Shown piece after piece: positions 26,593 to 36,161 of a DNA stretch of 54,866 nt (position 1 is the first letter of the stretch; every line of letters starts with the position of its first letter). The stretch covers positions 1 through 54,866 of the forward strand of contig JACQLK010000010.1 of the NCBI GenBank assembly GCA_016204145.1, written 5' to 3'. Below the pieces are notes generated by a model. That model saw only the letters and a program-made list of their open reading frames with translations. It was not told where the DNA came from and did no database searches. The position numbers were made by a program, and so were the translations under genes. This DNA is from Candidatus Pacearchaeota archaeon (GTDB lineage Archaea; Nanobdellota; Nanobdellia; Pacearchaeales; GW2011-AR1).

Positions 26593-27444
26593 CTAATTTT
26601 CTGAAAATTTATCTTTTATCTTATAAAAATTATCCTCGGCTTTTTTTACTATTTTATATTCTTCTGATTTTTCGAATTCTTCATCGTTCATTTGATTTAT
26701 TCCCATAGCTTTCATTACCTCATATCCAAAAGAAGTCCAATGGTAAGCATACTCAAAATTATACCCCGACCAATTAGAATAAGCAAATTTTACAATACCT
26801 AGGTCAATTAATCTAAATAAAGAAGCCTTCTTATTAATATCCATATTTTCGCTATTAAAATGATTATGTCCTTTAGGTATACGACCAATCTTCTTCATAA
26901 GACTTAATCCTATTTCATCTAAAGATTCTATCGCCGAGAGTACCCTTTTATTTTTATATAATTCTTGTTTTTTAATAGCATCATTTATAACCCTTTTAAT
27001 AAATTCCTCGCTAATTTCGTTATCAAATAAGTTTATATGTAAATTCTGTATATCAAACGGAAGATTCAATTCTTTATCTATTCTCTTTCTTATAATAACT
27101 ATATCCGAAGGTTCTCTAATAGTTGTGGCAACTCCCAATTCATAAATAACATTTTGATTAATCCTTGAGAATTTATTACCATTATCTTTTGGAAATCTAT
27201 TATCATCGGATAAATCAAAAAGAAGCATCCTAGAATTTGCTATTGAATCAAAAATTATTTCAGGAATACTATTCGCTTCAGTTTCAATCCCTACTCTAAA
27301 TGCTCTTTCAAATCCAATTTTCTTTGCAGTATCATCAATTATAGAGAAATTTTTTTTAATAGAGTCATTAAATGGCGCTCCAAGAAATATCTGATTTTTC
27401 TGTTCACCTTCCCAGAATCTTTCTAAAAAATGTTTTGGATACAT
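26593..27444 (-). CDS. TIR-like / nucleoside 2-deoxyribosyltransferase-like domain protein with a C-terminal winged-helix-like region
   Basis: IFLGAPF...LLFDLSDDN...RINQNVIYELGVA...IVIIRKR resembles the NVxxELG core of TIR-like (PF10137-type) and NDT-like folds. The ATG at 27444 lies 1 nt after the helicase stop. Confidence 0.45.
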   Translation of the reverse strand: MYPKHFLERFWEGEQKNQIFLGAPFNDSIKKNFSIIDDTAKKIGFERAFRVGIETEANSIPEIIFDSIANSRMLLFDLSDDNRFPKDNGNKFSRINQNVIYELGVATTIREPSDIVIIRKRIDKELNLPFDIQNLHINLFDNEISEEFIKRVINDAIKKQELYKNKRVLSAIESLDEIGLSLMKKIGRIPKGHNHFNSENMDINKKASLFRLIDLGIVKFAYSNWSGYNFEYAYHWTSFGYEVMKAMGINQMNDEEFEKSEEYKIVKKAEDNFYKIKDKFSEN

Positions 27445-27445
27445 T

Positions 27446-30085
27446 TTAATTTTCCTCCCCCAATTCCCCCAAAAATTTCTTCGCAATTATTCTCACTTGT
27501 TCCTCGTGCATTCTTTTCAAAAACTCCTGCCTGTCTTCGATTCTTATCAAGTCACTGTATCCTTGAAGAATCAAATTTGACGCGAACGGGCTTGGGATTT
27601 CGGTCTCCACTATTTTTATCTTGACATCGCCGTCTTTGATCCATTTCAAAACCTCTTTTGCTGAGGCAATGTCCATCAAATCCTCAAGAACTTCCCTTCG
27701 CGCCTCTCTCAATATCGGAAATTCGTTGGTTATTTTTTTTACGGCGTGAAGAAGAAAGTGGCTCTTCATCTGCTGCTTTCCGACGGTTTTGCTTCTTCCC
27801 TTGTAATTTTTCAGAATCATCAAAGCGCGCGAAGCGCAATGCCTGAATCTTCTCGCGAGAACGTCGGTTTTGTCAACCGCCTCTTTCAAAACATCCTCGA
27901 TATTTTCCGGCTTCAAATATTCCAAAGGCGTTTTTATCTGGATCCTTTCTCCCGCAATATAAAATCCGTTGTCGTTTATTCCGACTTCCATGTCCCTTCC
28001 GCCAAGCCGTCCGATTAAAAATCCAAACGCTCTTGACAGAGCATCATTAACACGGCGGCCGTACATGCTGTGGAAAATAAGATAATTTTTCTGCGATTTG
28101 TATTTCTCGACGAGAATCAAGTCCTTTCTCGGAATTTCCAAAAATCTGTGCTGCTCGTCAAAATAATTGTATATCGCCTCGGCGGTATTTTCTTTGACGT
28201 AAAGATGCTTCATTATGAATTCGACAACCTCTTCTTTTGGCTTTTCTGCGTTTAATTTTTCATGCATAAGTTTTCTAAAATTATTTATTTCCAAACCCGA
28301 ATCAAAACTCAGAGGAAGCATTTCCGAAAACCATGAAGGTATGGTGGGAGAAAGGTGCTCCGCCGAACTGACGTAAAGATTCATTCCTTTTGTGTATCTG
28401 TAAAGATATTTTTTTCCGCCGAGGACAAAAACGTCGCCTTTTTTCATTCTCTCCATAAATCCCTCGTCGATATATCCTATCGGCTCCTCGCCGCCGTAAA
28501 CTTTCACGGTTATGAATGACTCGTCGGGAATAGTTCCGATGTTCGTCATATACAAGACCCTCGCCATTTTTCCCCTTTTTCCTATTTGCTTCGAGTCCTT
28601 ATCATACCAAATTTTTCCGTAAACATTGTTTTTGTCCAGGTCGTATTCTCCCGCAAGATAGCTTATTATGTCGAGGAAATCGTTTCTTGAAAGTTTTGAA
28701 TAACAATAGCTTTTTTTTATTACCGAGAAAATTTCATCAATATTCCAAATTTTGTAAATCGCCATCCCGAAAATTTGCTGCGCAAGAACATCAAGACAAT
28801 TCTTCGGAAAAGTTATTTTGTTTATTTTTCTTTCAATCATTTCTTTTTGAATGACAGAACATTCAACCAAGTCATCCCTTTCTGAAACGATGAATCTCCC
28901 TTTTGCCGTGTCGTGCAATTTGTGCCCGGCTCTTCCGAGCCGCTGCAATGCCCTTGCCGACGACTTTGGAGAACCAATCATTATTACGAGGTCAATGTAA
29001 CCTATGTCAATTCCCAATTCCAAGCTTGTGGAACAGACGACAACTTTTAATTTTCCCATTCTTAAACGCTCTTCAATGTCAAACCTGTGAACTTTGCTCA
29101 GCGAAGAATGATGCGCCGCAATGTTATCGTCGCCGTATTCTGTCGGAAATTTTTCTTTCAGGTGATTCACAATCCTCTCTGTCGCGGAGCGAGTGTTTGT
29201 AAAAACAAGAGTCGTTTTGTGCGCCTTTATCAGCGAATCAAGAAGAGAATAAAAATTCGGCGTTATGTTTTCGTCTTCAATCAGATTTTCAACAGGAGTT
29301 AAAACATCAATATCTATTTTCTTGTCCAAGGGCACACGGACAATTGAAACGCTTCTTTTTTCATCTTCTCCGACAAGATATCTCGCGACTTCTTCCATTG
29401 GCTCCACTGTCGCGCTTAATCCTATTTTCACGGGAAATGTTTTGCTGACTTTGTTCAAGCGTTCAAGAGTAAGGGAAAGATACGTTCCTCTTTTATTGTC
29501 CATTGCGTGGATTTCGTCGACAATGCAAAATTCGACGGCATTTAATTTTTCGACAAAGACCTTGCTTGTCAAAACAATCGCCAATGATTCCGGCGTTGTA
29601 ACAAAAATGTGCGGCGACTTTCTCGCCATCTTTGCTCTTTCCGCCGTCGTGGTATCTCCGGTTCTGAGTCCGACGCGGATTTCCTGCAATTTTATTCCTT
29701 TTTTTTCCGCGAGCGCGTTTATTTCCTGCAGCGGTTCAATCAGATTTTTGTGAATGTCGTTGCTCAATGCCTTCAAAGGACTTGTATAGACGGCGTAAAT
29801 TCTGCTTTCAAGTTCGTTCTTCTCGGCCAAAATAACGAGATAATTCAAAATTGAAAGAAACGCCGTCAGCGTTTTTGTTCCTCCGGTCGGCGCGGAAATC
29901 AAAATGTTCTTCCTGTTCCAGATGTTCAAAACCCCGTACTGCTGCGTCAGAGAGAAATTCGCGAACTTAGAAAAAAACCATTCGCTGACCAAAGGATGCA
30001 GCACTTTCCTTGTTTCCTCGTCGCTATATTTCTTGCCTTCTGTTATGGTTGTCATTTTAGTATCTTCAAGAGAACTCCGAAGCAT
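27446..30085 (-). CDS. lhr: Lhr-type SF2 DExH helicase (Lhr-core)
   Basis: Motif I SAPTGGTKT, motif II VDEIHA, motif III SAT, TNTR, SSLELGIDIG, motif VI QRLGRAGH, and a long C-terminal DEAD-associated region. Confidence 0.85.
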   Translation of the reverse strand: MLRSSLEDTKMTTITEGKKYSDEETRKVLHPLVSEWFFSKFANFSLTQQYGVLNIWNRKNILISAPTGGTKTLTAFLSILNYLVILAEKNELESRIYAVYTSPLKALSNDIHKNLIEPLQEINALAEKKGIKLQEIRVGLRTGDTTTAERAKMARKSPHIFVTTPESLAIVLTSKVFVEKLNAVEFCIVDEIHAMDNKRGTYLSLTLERLNKVSKTFPVKIGLSATVEPMEEVARYLVGEDEKRSVSIVRVPLDKKIDIDVLTPVENLIEDENITPNFYSLLDSLIKAHKTTLVFTNTRSATERIVNHLKEKFPTEYGDDNIAAHHSSLSKVHRFDIEERLRMGKLKVVVCSTSLELGIDIGYIDLVIMIGSPKSSARALQRLGRAGHKLHDTAKGRFIVSERDDLVECSVIQKEMIERKINKITFPKNCLDVLAQQIFGMAIYKIWNIDEIFSVIKKSYCYSKLSRNDFLDIISYLAGEYDLDKNNVYGKIWYDKDSKQIGKRGKMARVLYMTNIGTIPDESFITVKVYGGEEPIGYIDEGFMERMKKGDVFVLGGKKYLYRYTKGMNLYVSSAEHLSPTIPSWFSEMLPLSFDSGLEINNFRKLMHEKLNAEKPKEEVVEFIMKHLYVKENTAEAIYNYFDEQHRFLEIPRKDLILVEKYKSQKNYLIFHSMYGRRVNDALSRAFGFLIGRLGGRDMEVGINDNGFYIAGERIQIKTPLEYLKPENIEDVLKEAVDKTDVLARRFRHCASRALMILKNYKGRSKTVGKQQMKSHFLLHAVKKITNEFPILREARREVLEDLMDIASAKEVLKWIKDGDVKIKIVETEIPSPFASNLILQGYSDLIRIEDRQEFLKRMHEEQVRIIAKKFLGELGEEN

Positions 30086-30138
30086 ATAGTGCAGAATATA
30101 GGTTTAATAAATTTGCTATCCTACACAAAATTAATATT

Positions 30139-30768
30139 TTATAGTTTTTCCATGAGAAAATAATTGGCAAAAACCTTTTCTTCTTTATTTGAAGAAAGTT
30201 GAATAATTTTTTCATCCAATATTTTAAAATGCGGTCTAAATAATTTTTCAAGCTTTTCTTTTGATGCGAAGTAACACAAGGTTCCTACGGGCGTTTTGCG
30301 AATTTTACCATATCCCCAGCATTTTGTCTGATCGCTAAAGGAAACAGAAAGATATTTCCCTCCTTCATTTAATATATTGTTAATAATTCTAACATAAGTT
30401 TTTCTGTCGGCTTCTTTAATAATACCATGAAGAAATCTCCAATCCAATATAAAACCGAATTTATCTTTTAATTCATTTAAATTTTTGTAGTCCATGACTA
30501 AAAATTTGCATGATACTTTGGCATTTTTTGCATTTTGTTTGGCGCGGTTTATCGCTTCTTTAGAAATGTCTATTCCGGTTACCTTGAAGCCATTGGATGC
30601 CAAATAAATGGGATAGTGACCTTCACCGCATCCAATATCAAGAGCATTGCACGGCAAAATTATTTTATCTTTAATTAGATTTGACAGTTCTGTCGGTATA
30701 TCATTTGAAGTCCATGGAGCTTTATCTTTTTTGTATAAAGAATCATAAATAAATTTATCTTTCATCAT
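30139..30768 (-). CDS. Class I SAM-dependent methyltransferase
   Basis: The ALDIGCGEGHY motif I and a Rossmann-like pattern. Confidence 0.8.
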   Translation of the reverse strand: MMKDKFIYDSLYKKDKAPWTSNDIPTELSNLIKDKIILPCNALDIGCGEGHYPIYLASNGFKVTGIDISKEAINRAKQNAKNAKVSCKFLVMDYKNLNELKDKFGFILDWRFLHGIIKEADRKTYVRIINNILNEGGKYLSVSFSDQTKCWGYGKIRKTPVGTLCYFASKEKLEKLFRPHFKILDEKIIQLSSNKEEKVFANYFLMEKL

Positions 30769-31378
30769 TTTTTAAACGAACTCCTCTGGAACCTCTAACT
30801 CTACAATCAAGAAGAATCCCGAAATCTGGCTTACAGGCTCGGCCGATTGGCCATACCAAATTATCATCGGGAAAGTAAATTCTTCCAGATTCTCTAATTG
30901 CTTGGGGTAACTCCTGATATTTTCTCGAATATAAATACTCTATCACTTCAGGGCTTATTTTGCTGATAAATTCTAAATCGTTCCAGCCATGATTTATTCC
31001 TGCAACCTTAAAAGATACTTGACTCTTATGCCATGAATTATTTCCATATACTTTATAACATTCTCCGTTCCAGAATAAACCTGTCGCATTTTCATAAAAG
31101 AATAAATTTCCGTCGGATACCTGAACCGCATGACAAAAAAATTCGCCATGGCGTTCTAGCATATTTGCTGCAATCTTTCCTAATTTTTGATCTAATCTTC
31201 CTTCAAGATGCGCAATTATTAAGCCCATGGCTTCTTGTGGAGTCGGAGCTCTTTCCCAACCACTTTCTTTTAATCTTTTTTCGTGGGAATCGTAATGAAG
31301 CATTTTTTTACCCTCTGTTCCCGTAGCAGCTGTAGGTTCAAGAATTAAACTATTGAAACCAGAGTACATTTCAACCAT
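30755..31378 (-). CDS. Hypothetical protein
   Basis: ORF only. Confidence 0.45.
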   Translation of the reverse strand: MVEMYSGFNSLILEPTAATGTEGKKMLHYDSHEKRLKESGWERAPTPQEAMGLIIAHLEGRLDQKLGKIAANMLERHGEFFCHAVQVSDGNLFFYENATGLFWNGECYKVYGNNSWHKSQVSFKVAGINHGWNDLEFISKISPEVIEYLYSRKYQELPQAIRESGRIYFPDDNLVWPIGRACKPDFGILLDCRVRGSRGVRLKNDER

Positions 31379-31407
31379 ATTCTTTATTATTCCAAGAGTA
31401 CTTAAAA

Positions 31408-31626
31408 TTATCTCCCCCTCTTCTTTTCCCTAGAAAAAACATACAAATAAAGAATCGGCAAAATTCCTATTGTGTTGAAAATTCCGATGGCAACAAACCA
31501 TATCGGCGAATTTCTTTTCGCCGCCTTCCACATTCCGAGAAATTTCCAGACCAAATCCCAAATTGCTATGGCGACAAGTAAAGTTATAATCCCTATGCCG
31601 AAACTTTCAAGCCAAAATCTGTACAT
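31408..31626 (-). CDS. Small two-TM membrane protein
   Basis: WDLVWKFLGMWKAAKRNSPIWFVAIGIFNTIGILPILYL is a pattern common in small-genome lineages. Confidence 0.5.
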   Translation of the reverse strand: MYRFWLESFGIGIITLLVAIAIWDLVWKFLGMWKAAKRNSPIWFVAIGIFNTIGILPILYLYVFSREKKRGR

Positions 31627-31761
31627 AACGAGGTAAAATCTTTGTTCTTTATAAAATCTCTGAAAATTATTTTATGCGAACTTTTTTTGAATTTTTCCGC
31701 AAACCATTTTAAAATAGTCACAAAACTTTAAATAGTTCCAATTTTATTGAAAACTCGGAAA

Positions 31762-31809
31762 ATACAATTTATAGTAATATAAGTTGGTTAAGCATACAAC
31801 ATATTGTAT
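31762..31809 (+). promoter_or_regulatory. Two tandem NrdR-box-like palindromes upstream of nrdR-nrdJ
   Basis: ATACAATTTATAGTAA (31762-31777) and ATACAACATATTGTAT (31794-31809) have centres 32 bp apart. Both resemble the acaCwAtATaTwgtgt consensus. Confidence 0.55.
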
Positions 31810-31822
31810 GCAGGTCTTAATT

Positions 31823-32266
31823 ATGAGGTGCCCTTATTGTTCAAATACAACATTCAGAGTTACTGACAAGAGGGACTCGCCGGACAACATAAGGCGGAGA
31901 CGCGAGTGCTTGAAATGCAAAAAAAGATTCACGACGCACGAAATTGTCGATTCCGGCGACTTTTACATAATAAAAAAAGACAAAACGAGGGAAAAGTTCA
32001 GCAGGGAAAAACTCGAGCGCGGAGTCCAAAGAGCGTTTGAGAAACGCCCTGTTTCAAAAGAGGAGATTGACAAAATGATAAACGAAATCGAGGAACAACT
32101 GAGGAAAAAGGGGAAAAAAGAAGTCAACAGTTCCATTGTCGGAGAGCTCGTGATGAAAAAATTGAAAAAAATCGACAATGTCGCGTACATAAGATTCGCG
32201 TCCGTTTACAGGAATTTTCAGGATGTTGACGATTTTAAAAACGAATTGAAGGAGTTGAAGAAATGA
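31823..32266 (+). CDS. nrdR: Transcriptional repressor NrdR
   Basis: MRCPYCS...RRRRECLKCKKRFTTHE zinc ribbon plus an ATP-cone. The ATG at 31823 is downstream of the boxes. Confidence 0.85.
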   Translation: MRCPYCSNTTFRVTDKRDSPDNIRRRRECLKCKKRFTTHEIVDSGDFYIIKKDKTREKFSREKLERGVQRAFEKRPVSKEEIDKMINEIEEQLRKKGKKEVNSSIVGELVMKKLKKIDNVAYIRFASVYRNFQDVDDFKNELKELKK

Positions 32267-34857
32267 CGGAACATGCCCGTCCTGATGACAAGGGAGGCAA
32301 CGGAATAAGTTTGGAGGGAATGGTTGGTCGTCAGGTATATTCTCATGAAGAAGCGGTTAGAAGATCAATAGAGTATTTTAATGGAGACAGGTTAGCCGGT
32401 GAAACCGTGGTAAACAAATATCTTCTCAAAGATTCCAAAGGAAATATTTACGAATCGTCTCCGATAGATATGCACAGAAGATTGGCAAGGGAGTTTGCAA
32501 GAATTGAAAGTAAATATCCAAATCCTATGAGCGAGGAAAAAATTTTCTCTTTGCTTGACAAATTTAAATATATTGTTCCTCAAGGAAGTCCCCAATCGGG
32601 AATAGGAAATGATTACCAGGTAGTTTCTTTATCAAATTGTTTTGTCATAGGCAACGAGTCCGACTCTTACGGGGGAATAATTAGGACAGATGAAGAGCAG
32701 GTTCAATTAATGAAGAGGAGAGGAGGAGTCGGGCAGGATTTGTCTCACCTGCGTCCAAAAAAAAGCGCCGTCGCTAACAGCGCATTGAACTCAACGGGAA
32801 TGGCCACTTTTATGAATAGATACTCCGAATCGACGCGCGAAGTTGCGCAAGATGGCAGAAGAGGCGCATTGATGTTGAGCGCCGCAATAAGGCACCCCGA
32901 TGCGGAATATTTCATAGACGCTAAAACGACTCCCGGAAAAGTTACCGGGGCAAATATTTCTGTAAGAATAGACGATGAATTTATGAATGCGGCGATTAAA
33001 GACAAAAAATATGTCCAGCAATTTCCTGTAAATTCAGAAAACCCTTCCATAAAAAAAGAGATCAATGCAAGGGACTTGTGGAAAAAAATAGTTCATAACG
33101 CGTGGACTTCTGCGGAACCAGGAATTTTATTCTGGGATACGATAATAAGGGAATCCGTTCCGGACAGTTACGCGGACGAAGGATTCAAAACCGTCTCCAC
33201 AAATCCTTGCGGAGAAATTCCGTTATGCGTTTATGATAGCTGTCGATTGCTCGCAATGAATCTTTACAATTACGTTGATAATCCGTTTACGAAAGATGCC
33301 AAATTTAATCACGCTCTTTTCAAAGAACACGCCAGACACGGACAAAGATTAATGGACGATTTAATTGATTTGGAACTTGAAAAAATTGATAAAATAATCG
33401 CTAAAATTGATTCCGATCCGGAAGACGAAGACATAAAATACGTGGAAAAAAATTTATGGGAAAAAATAAAGAAAAAAGCGGAACAAGGAAGAAGAACGGG
33501 GTTTGGAGTAACGAGCGAGGGAGATATGCTTGCGGCCTTGGGAATGAGGTATGGCAGCGACGAGGCGATTGAATTTTCGGCGAACACCGTTCATAAAACT
33601 CTCGCCTTGGAAGCTTACAGATCGTCGGTAAATATGGCGGAGGAGAGAGGAGCTTTTCCAATTTATAATAGTTCAAAAGAAGAAAAAAATCCTTTCATAA
33701 ATAGAATCAGAGAAGCAGACCCGGAGCTTTATGCGAAAATGACAAAACATGGGAGAAGAAACATCGCCTTGCTTACAATCGCGCCAACCGGCTCCGTAAG
33801 CATTGAGACGCAAACAACTTCCGGACTTGAAAATGCGTTTTCCGTTGCTTATATGAGAAAAAGAAAAATAAATCCCAACGACAAAAACGTCAGAGTCGAT
33901 TCCGTTGACGGAGTTGGCGACTCGTGGCAGCATTATTCAGTTTTGCATCACAAGTTTGTAACTTGGATGGAAATCAACGGATATGACGTTGAAGAAGTTA
34001 AAAGAATTGCAGATCAGAGTTTCCAAGAAATTCCGGAAAGAAGACAAAGAATGCAAGAACTGGAGCAGATAATTCAAAAATCTCCTTATCATAACGCAAC
34101 AGCAAAAGATGTCGATTGGGTAAGCAAAATAAAATTACAGGGAGCGGTTCAAAAATGGGTTGACCATTCAATAAGCGTGACCGTTAATTTGCCGGAAGAC
34201 ATTCCCGAAGAAATGGTTGGAAAGGTCTATGAAGAGGCCTGGAGAGAAGGATGCAAAGGCGTTACAGTTTACCGAGCAGGTTCAAGGGATGGAGTTTTAA
34301 TTTCAAATGACAACGGAAAAAAAGAAATTGGTAGAAAAGAGTTGAGCGATTTAGTCATGGGAGTAATAAATCGGAAGAGACCGGATAATATTCAGGGAAG
34401 ACCGGAAGAAGTAATAACACCTTATGAGAATAGTGTCTTTGTAACATTAAACTGGGAGAAAGATGAAAAGGGAAATATCGTCGCGCCTTATGAATCTTTT
34501 GTGGCGATTGGAAAGGCAGGGGAGGATTTGCCTGCAATTGCGGAAGGATACGGAAGACTTACCTCTCTTGCTTTGAAAGCAGGGGTCACTGTTGAAAAAA
34601 TAATTTCGCAATTAAGAGGAATAGGTGGAGCAAGTCAAAAAGGATTTGGAGAAAATAAAGTAACTTCTTTGCCTGATGCAATTGCAAAGGGGTTTGAGAC
34701 CATCTTGGAAAAAGAAAGAAGATATGGCAATCTAAAGAGCGACGGAAATTCAAATAACGGGATTAAAGCAAGCGGAAATTTCTGCCCAGAAGGACATCCT
34801 ACGATTTTTGAAGAGGGTTGCGAAAAATGCCCGACTTGCGGATTTTCAAAATGCTAA
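32263..34857 (+). CDS. nrdJ: Class II (adenosylcobalamin-dependent) ribonucleotide reductase
   Basis: The STNPCGEIPL active-site loop, the C-terminal redox Cys pairs CEKCPTCGFSKC, and its size. Start overlaps the nrdR stop. Confidence 0.9.
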   Translation: MTEHARPDDKGGNGISLEGMVGRQVYSHEEAVRRSIEYFNGDRLAGETVVNKYLLKDSKGNIYESSPIDMHRRLAREFARIESKYPNPMSEEKIFSLLDKFKYIVPQGSPQSGIGNDYQVVSLSNCFVIGNESDSYGGIIRTDEEQVQLMKRRGGVGQDLSHLRPKKSAVANSALNSTGMATFMNRYSESTREVAQDGRRGALMLSAAIRHPDAEYFIDAKTTPGKVTGANISVRIDDEFMNAAIKDKKYVQQFPVNSENPSIKKEINARDLWKKIVHNAWTSAEPGILFWDTIIRESVPDSYADEGFKTVSTNPCGEIPLCVYDSCRLLAMNLYNYVDNPFTKDAKFNHALFKEHARHGQRLMDDLIDLELEKIDKIIAKIDSDPEDEDIKYVEKNLWEKIKKKAEQGRRTGFGVTSEGDMLAALGMRYGSDEAIEFSANTVHKTLALEAYRSSVNMAEERGAFPIYNSSKEEKNPFINRIREADPELYAKMTKHGRRNIALLTIAPTGSVSIETQTTSGLENAFSVAYMRKRKINPNDKNVRVDSVDGVGDSWQHYSVLHHKFVTWMEINGYDVEEVKRIADQSFQEIPERRQRMQELEQIIQKSPYHNATAKDVDWVSKIKLQGAVQKWVDHSISVTVNLPEDIPEEMVGKVYEEAWREGCKGVTVYRAGSRDGVLISNDNGKKEIGRKELSDLVMGVINRKRPDNIQGRPEEVITPYENSVFVTLNWEKDEKGNIVAPYESFVAIGKAGEDLPAIAEGYGRLTSLALKAGVTVEKIISQLRGIGGASQKGFGENKVTSLPDAIAKGFETILEKERRYGNLKSDGNSNNGIKASGNFCPEGHPTIFEEGCEKCPTCGFSKC

Positions 34858-34866
34858 TTTATTCTT

Positions 34867-35130
34867 ATGAAACTTCCCCATTTTTATTCCGATGAAAAAG
34901 ACGCTGAAATTTTGCAAAAAGCGTTAAGCAACATTCCTCATAAAAATATTGAAGGATTGGCGACGGTTTCCCGTCAAAAAAATGGGATTGTAATAAAATT
35001 AAGAATTAAATGCGGGCAGGATATTGAGAAAATTATCCCGGAAAGTTATAATATTATTCGTAGAGATTGTGAAGGAATATTTTTTGAATCCGGCGAGTTT
35101 AAGTATCTCTGTTTTCACAGCGGAGTATAA
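34867..35130 (+). CDS. Hypothetical protein
   Basis: ORF only. Confidence 0.35.
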   Translation: MKLPHFYSDEKDAEILQKALSNIPHKNIEGLATVSRQKNGIVIKLRIKCGQDIEKIIPESYNIIRRDCEGIFFESGEFKYLCFHSGV

Positions 35131-35176
35131 TTTTCATAACACAAATTCTTATAAATAATCTTTTTTTCAATAAGTT

Positions 35177-35710
35177 ATGTTTCTTCCGGACCACGAAATA
35201 AAAAAGAGAATAGCGAGCGGAGAAATAAAAATTTCCCCTTATGAGGAAAAAAATATTCAGCCGGCGTCGCTGGATTTGCGTTTGGGTTCCGAATTTCTGA
35301 GAATAGAGCACCACGAAACTTCGGGCGTGATAAATCTTACGGAAAAGCCGAAATACAAGAGAATAAAAAAAGACGAAGTTATAATACCGCCGGGGCATTT
35401 TGTTTTGGGAACGACTCTTGAAAAGATTTCCATCCCGGACAATATTGTTGCGCATATTGAAGGAAGAAGTTCAATAGGAAGAAGAGGATTGTTCATTCAA
35501 AACGCCGGATGGGTCGACCCAGGATTCAACGGAAATATAACCCTTGAACTTTACAATGCAGACAGCTTGCCGATAAAACTCCAATCCGGAACGAGAATAT
35601 GCCAGATAGTTTTCGGATTGATGAGCAGCAGGTCGGAAAATCCTTATCGCGGAAAGTATCTCGGGCAAGAGGGGGTTACGGGAAGTAAATCTTATCTGGA
35701 TAAAAAATGA
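35177..35710 (+). CDS. dcd: dCTP deaminase
   Basis: The N-terminus PDHEIKKRI..GEIKISP...IQPASLDLRLG, followed by GRSSIGRRGLFI and GWVDPGF. Confidence 0.85.
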   Translation: MFLPDHEIKKRIASGEIKISPYEEKNIQPASLDLRLGSEFLRIEHHETSGVINLTEKPKYKRIKKDEVIIPPGHFVLGTTLEKISIPDNIVAHIEGRSSIGRRGLFIQNAGWVDPGFNGNITLELYNADSLPIKLQSGTRICQIVFGLMSSRSENPYRGKYLGQEGVTGSKSYLDKK

Positions 35711-36132
35711 CAATTGAAATAAAAGTAAAAAAAATTCGTCCTGACGCGATAATTCCTGAATACGCTCATCCCGACGATGCAGGGATGGATTTGCGCTCAA
35801 TGGAAGATTATACTTTAAAACCGTCGGAGAGAAAGGTCTTCGGAATAGGATTGGAGTTTGAAATTCCAAAAGGATATGTCTGTCTGATTTGGGATAGAAG
35901 CGGAATGGCGGGCAAAGGAATAAAAACGATGGGGGGAGTTATTGATTGCCATTATCGCGGAGAATATAAAGTTATTCTGCTAAATACCGCTTTGGAAAAT
36001 TACGAAGTGAAAAAAGGCGACAAAATCGCGCAATTATTGATTCAACCGGTTGAAACCGCCGAAATTTTTGAGGTTGAAGAATTAAGTGAGACCGCGCGAG
36101 GCGAAGGCGGTTTCGGAAGCACGGGAAGATAA
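35707..36132 (+). CDS. dut: dUTP diphosphatase (trimeric dUTPase)
   Basis: YAHPDDAGMDL, GVIDCHYRGE and RGEGGFGSTG motifs. Confidence 0.9.
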   Translation: MTIEIKVKKIRPDAIIPEYAHPDDAGMDLRSMEDYTLKPSERKVFGIGLEFEIPKGYVCLIWDRSGMAGKGIKTMGGVIDCHYRGEYKVILLNTALENYEVKKGDKIAQLLIQPVETAEIFEVEELSETARGEGGFGSTGR

Positions 36133-36161
36133 TTTTATAAATCCTCATTATAAGTAAAAAC

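Noticed and set aside
32263-34857. Possible intein in the 864-aa class II RNR
   Set aside because: No Cys/Ser-initiated insertion with a terminal HN motif is seen around the active-site loop or elsewhere. The length is within the range of archaeal NrdJ.
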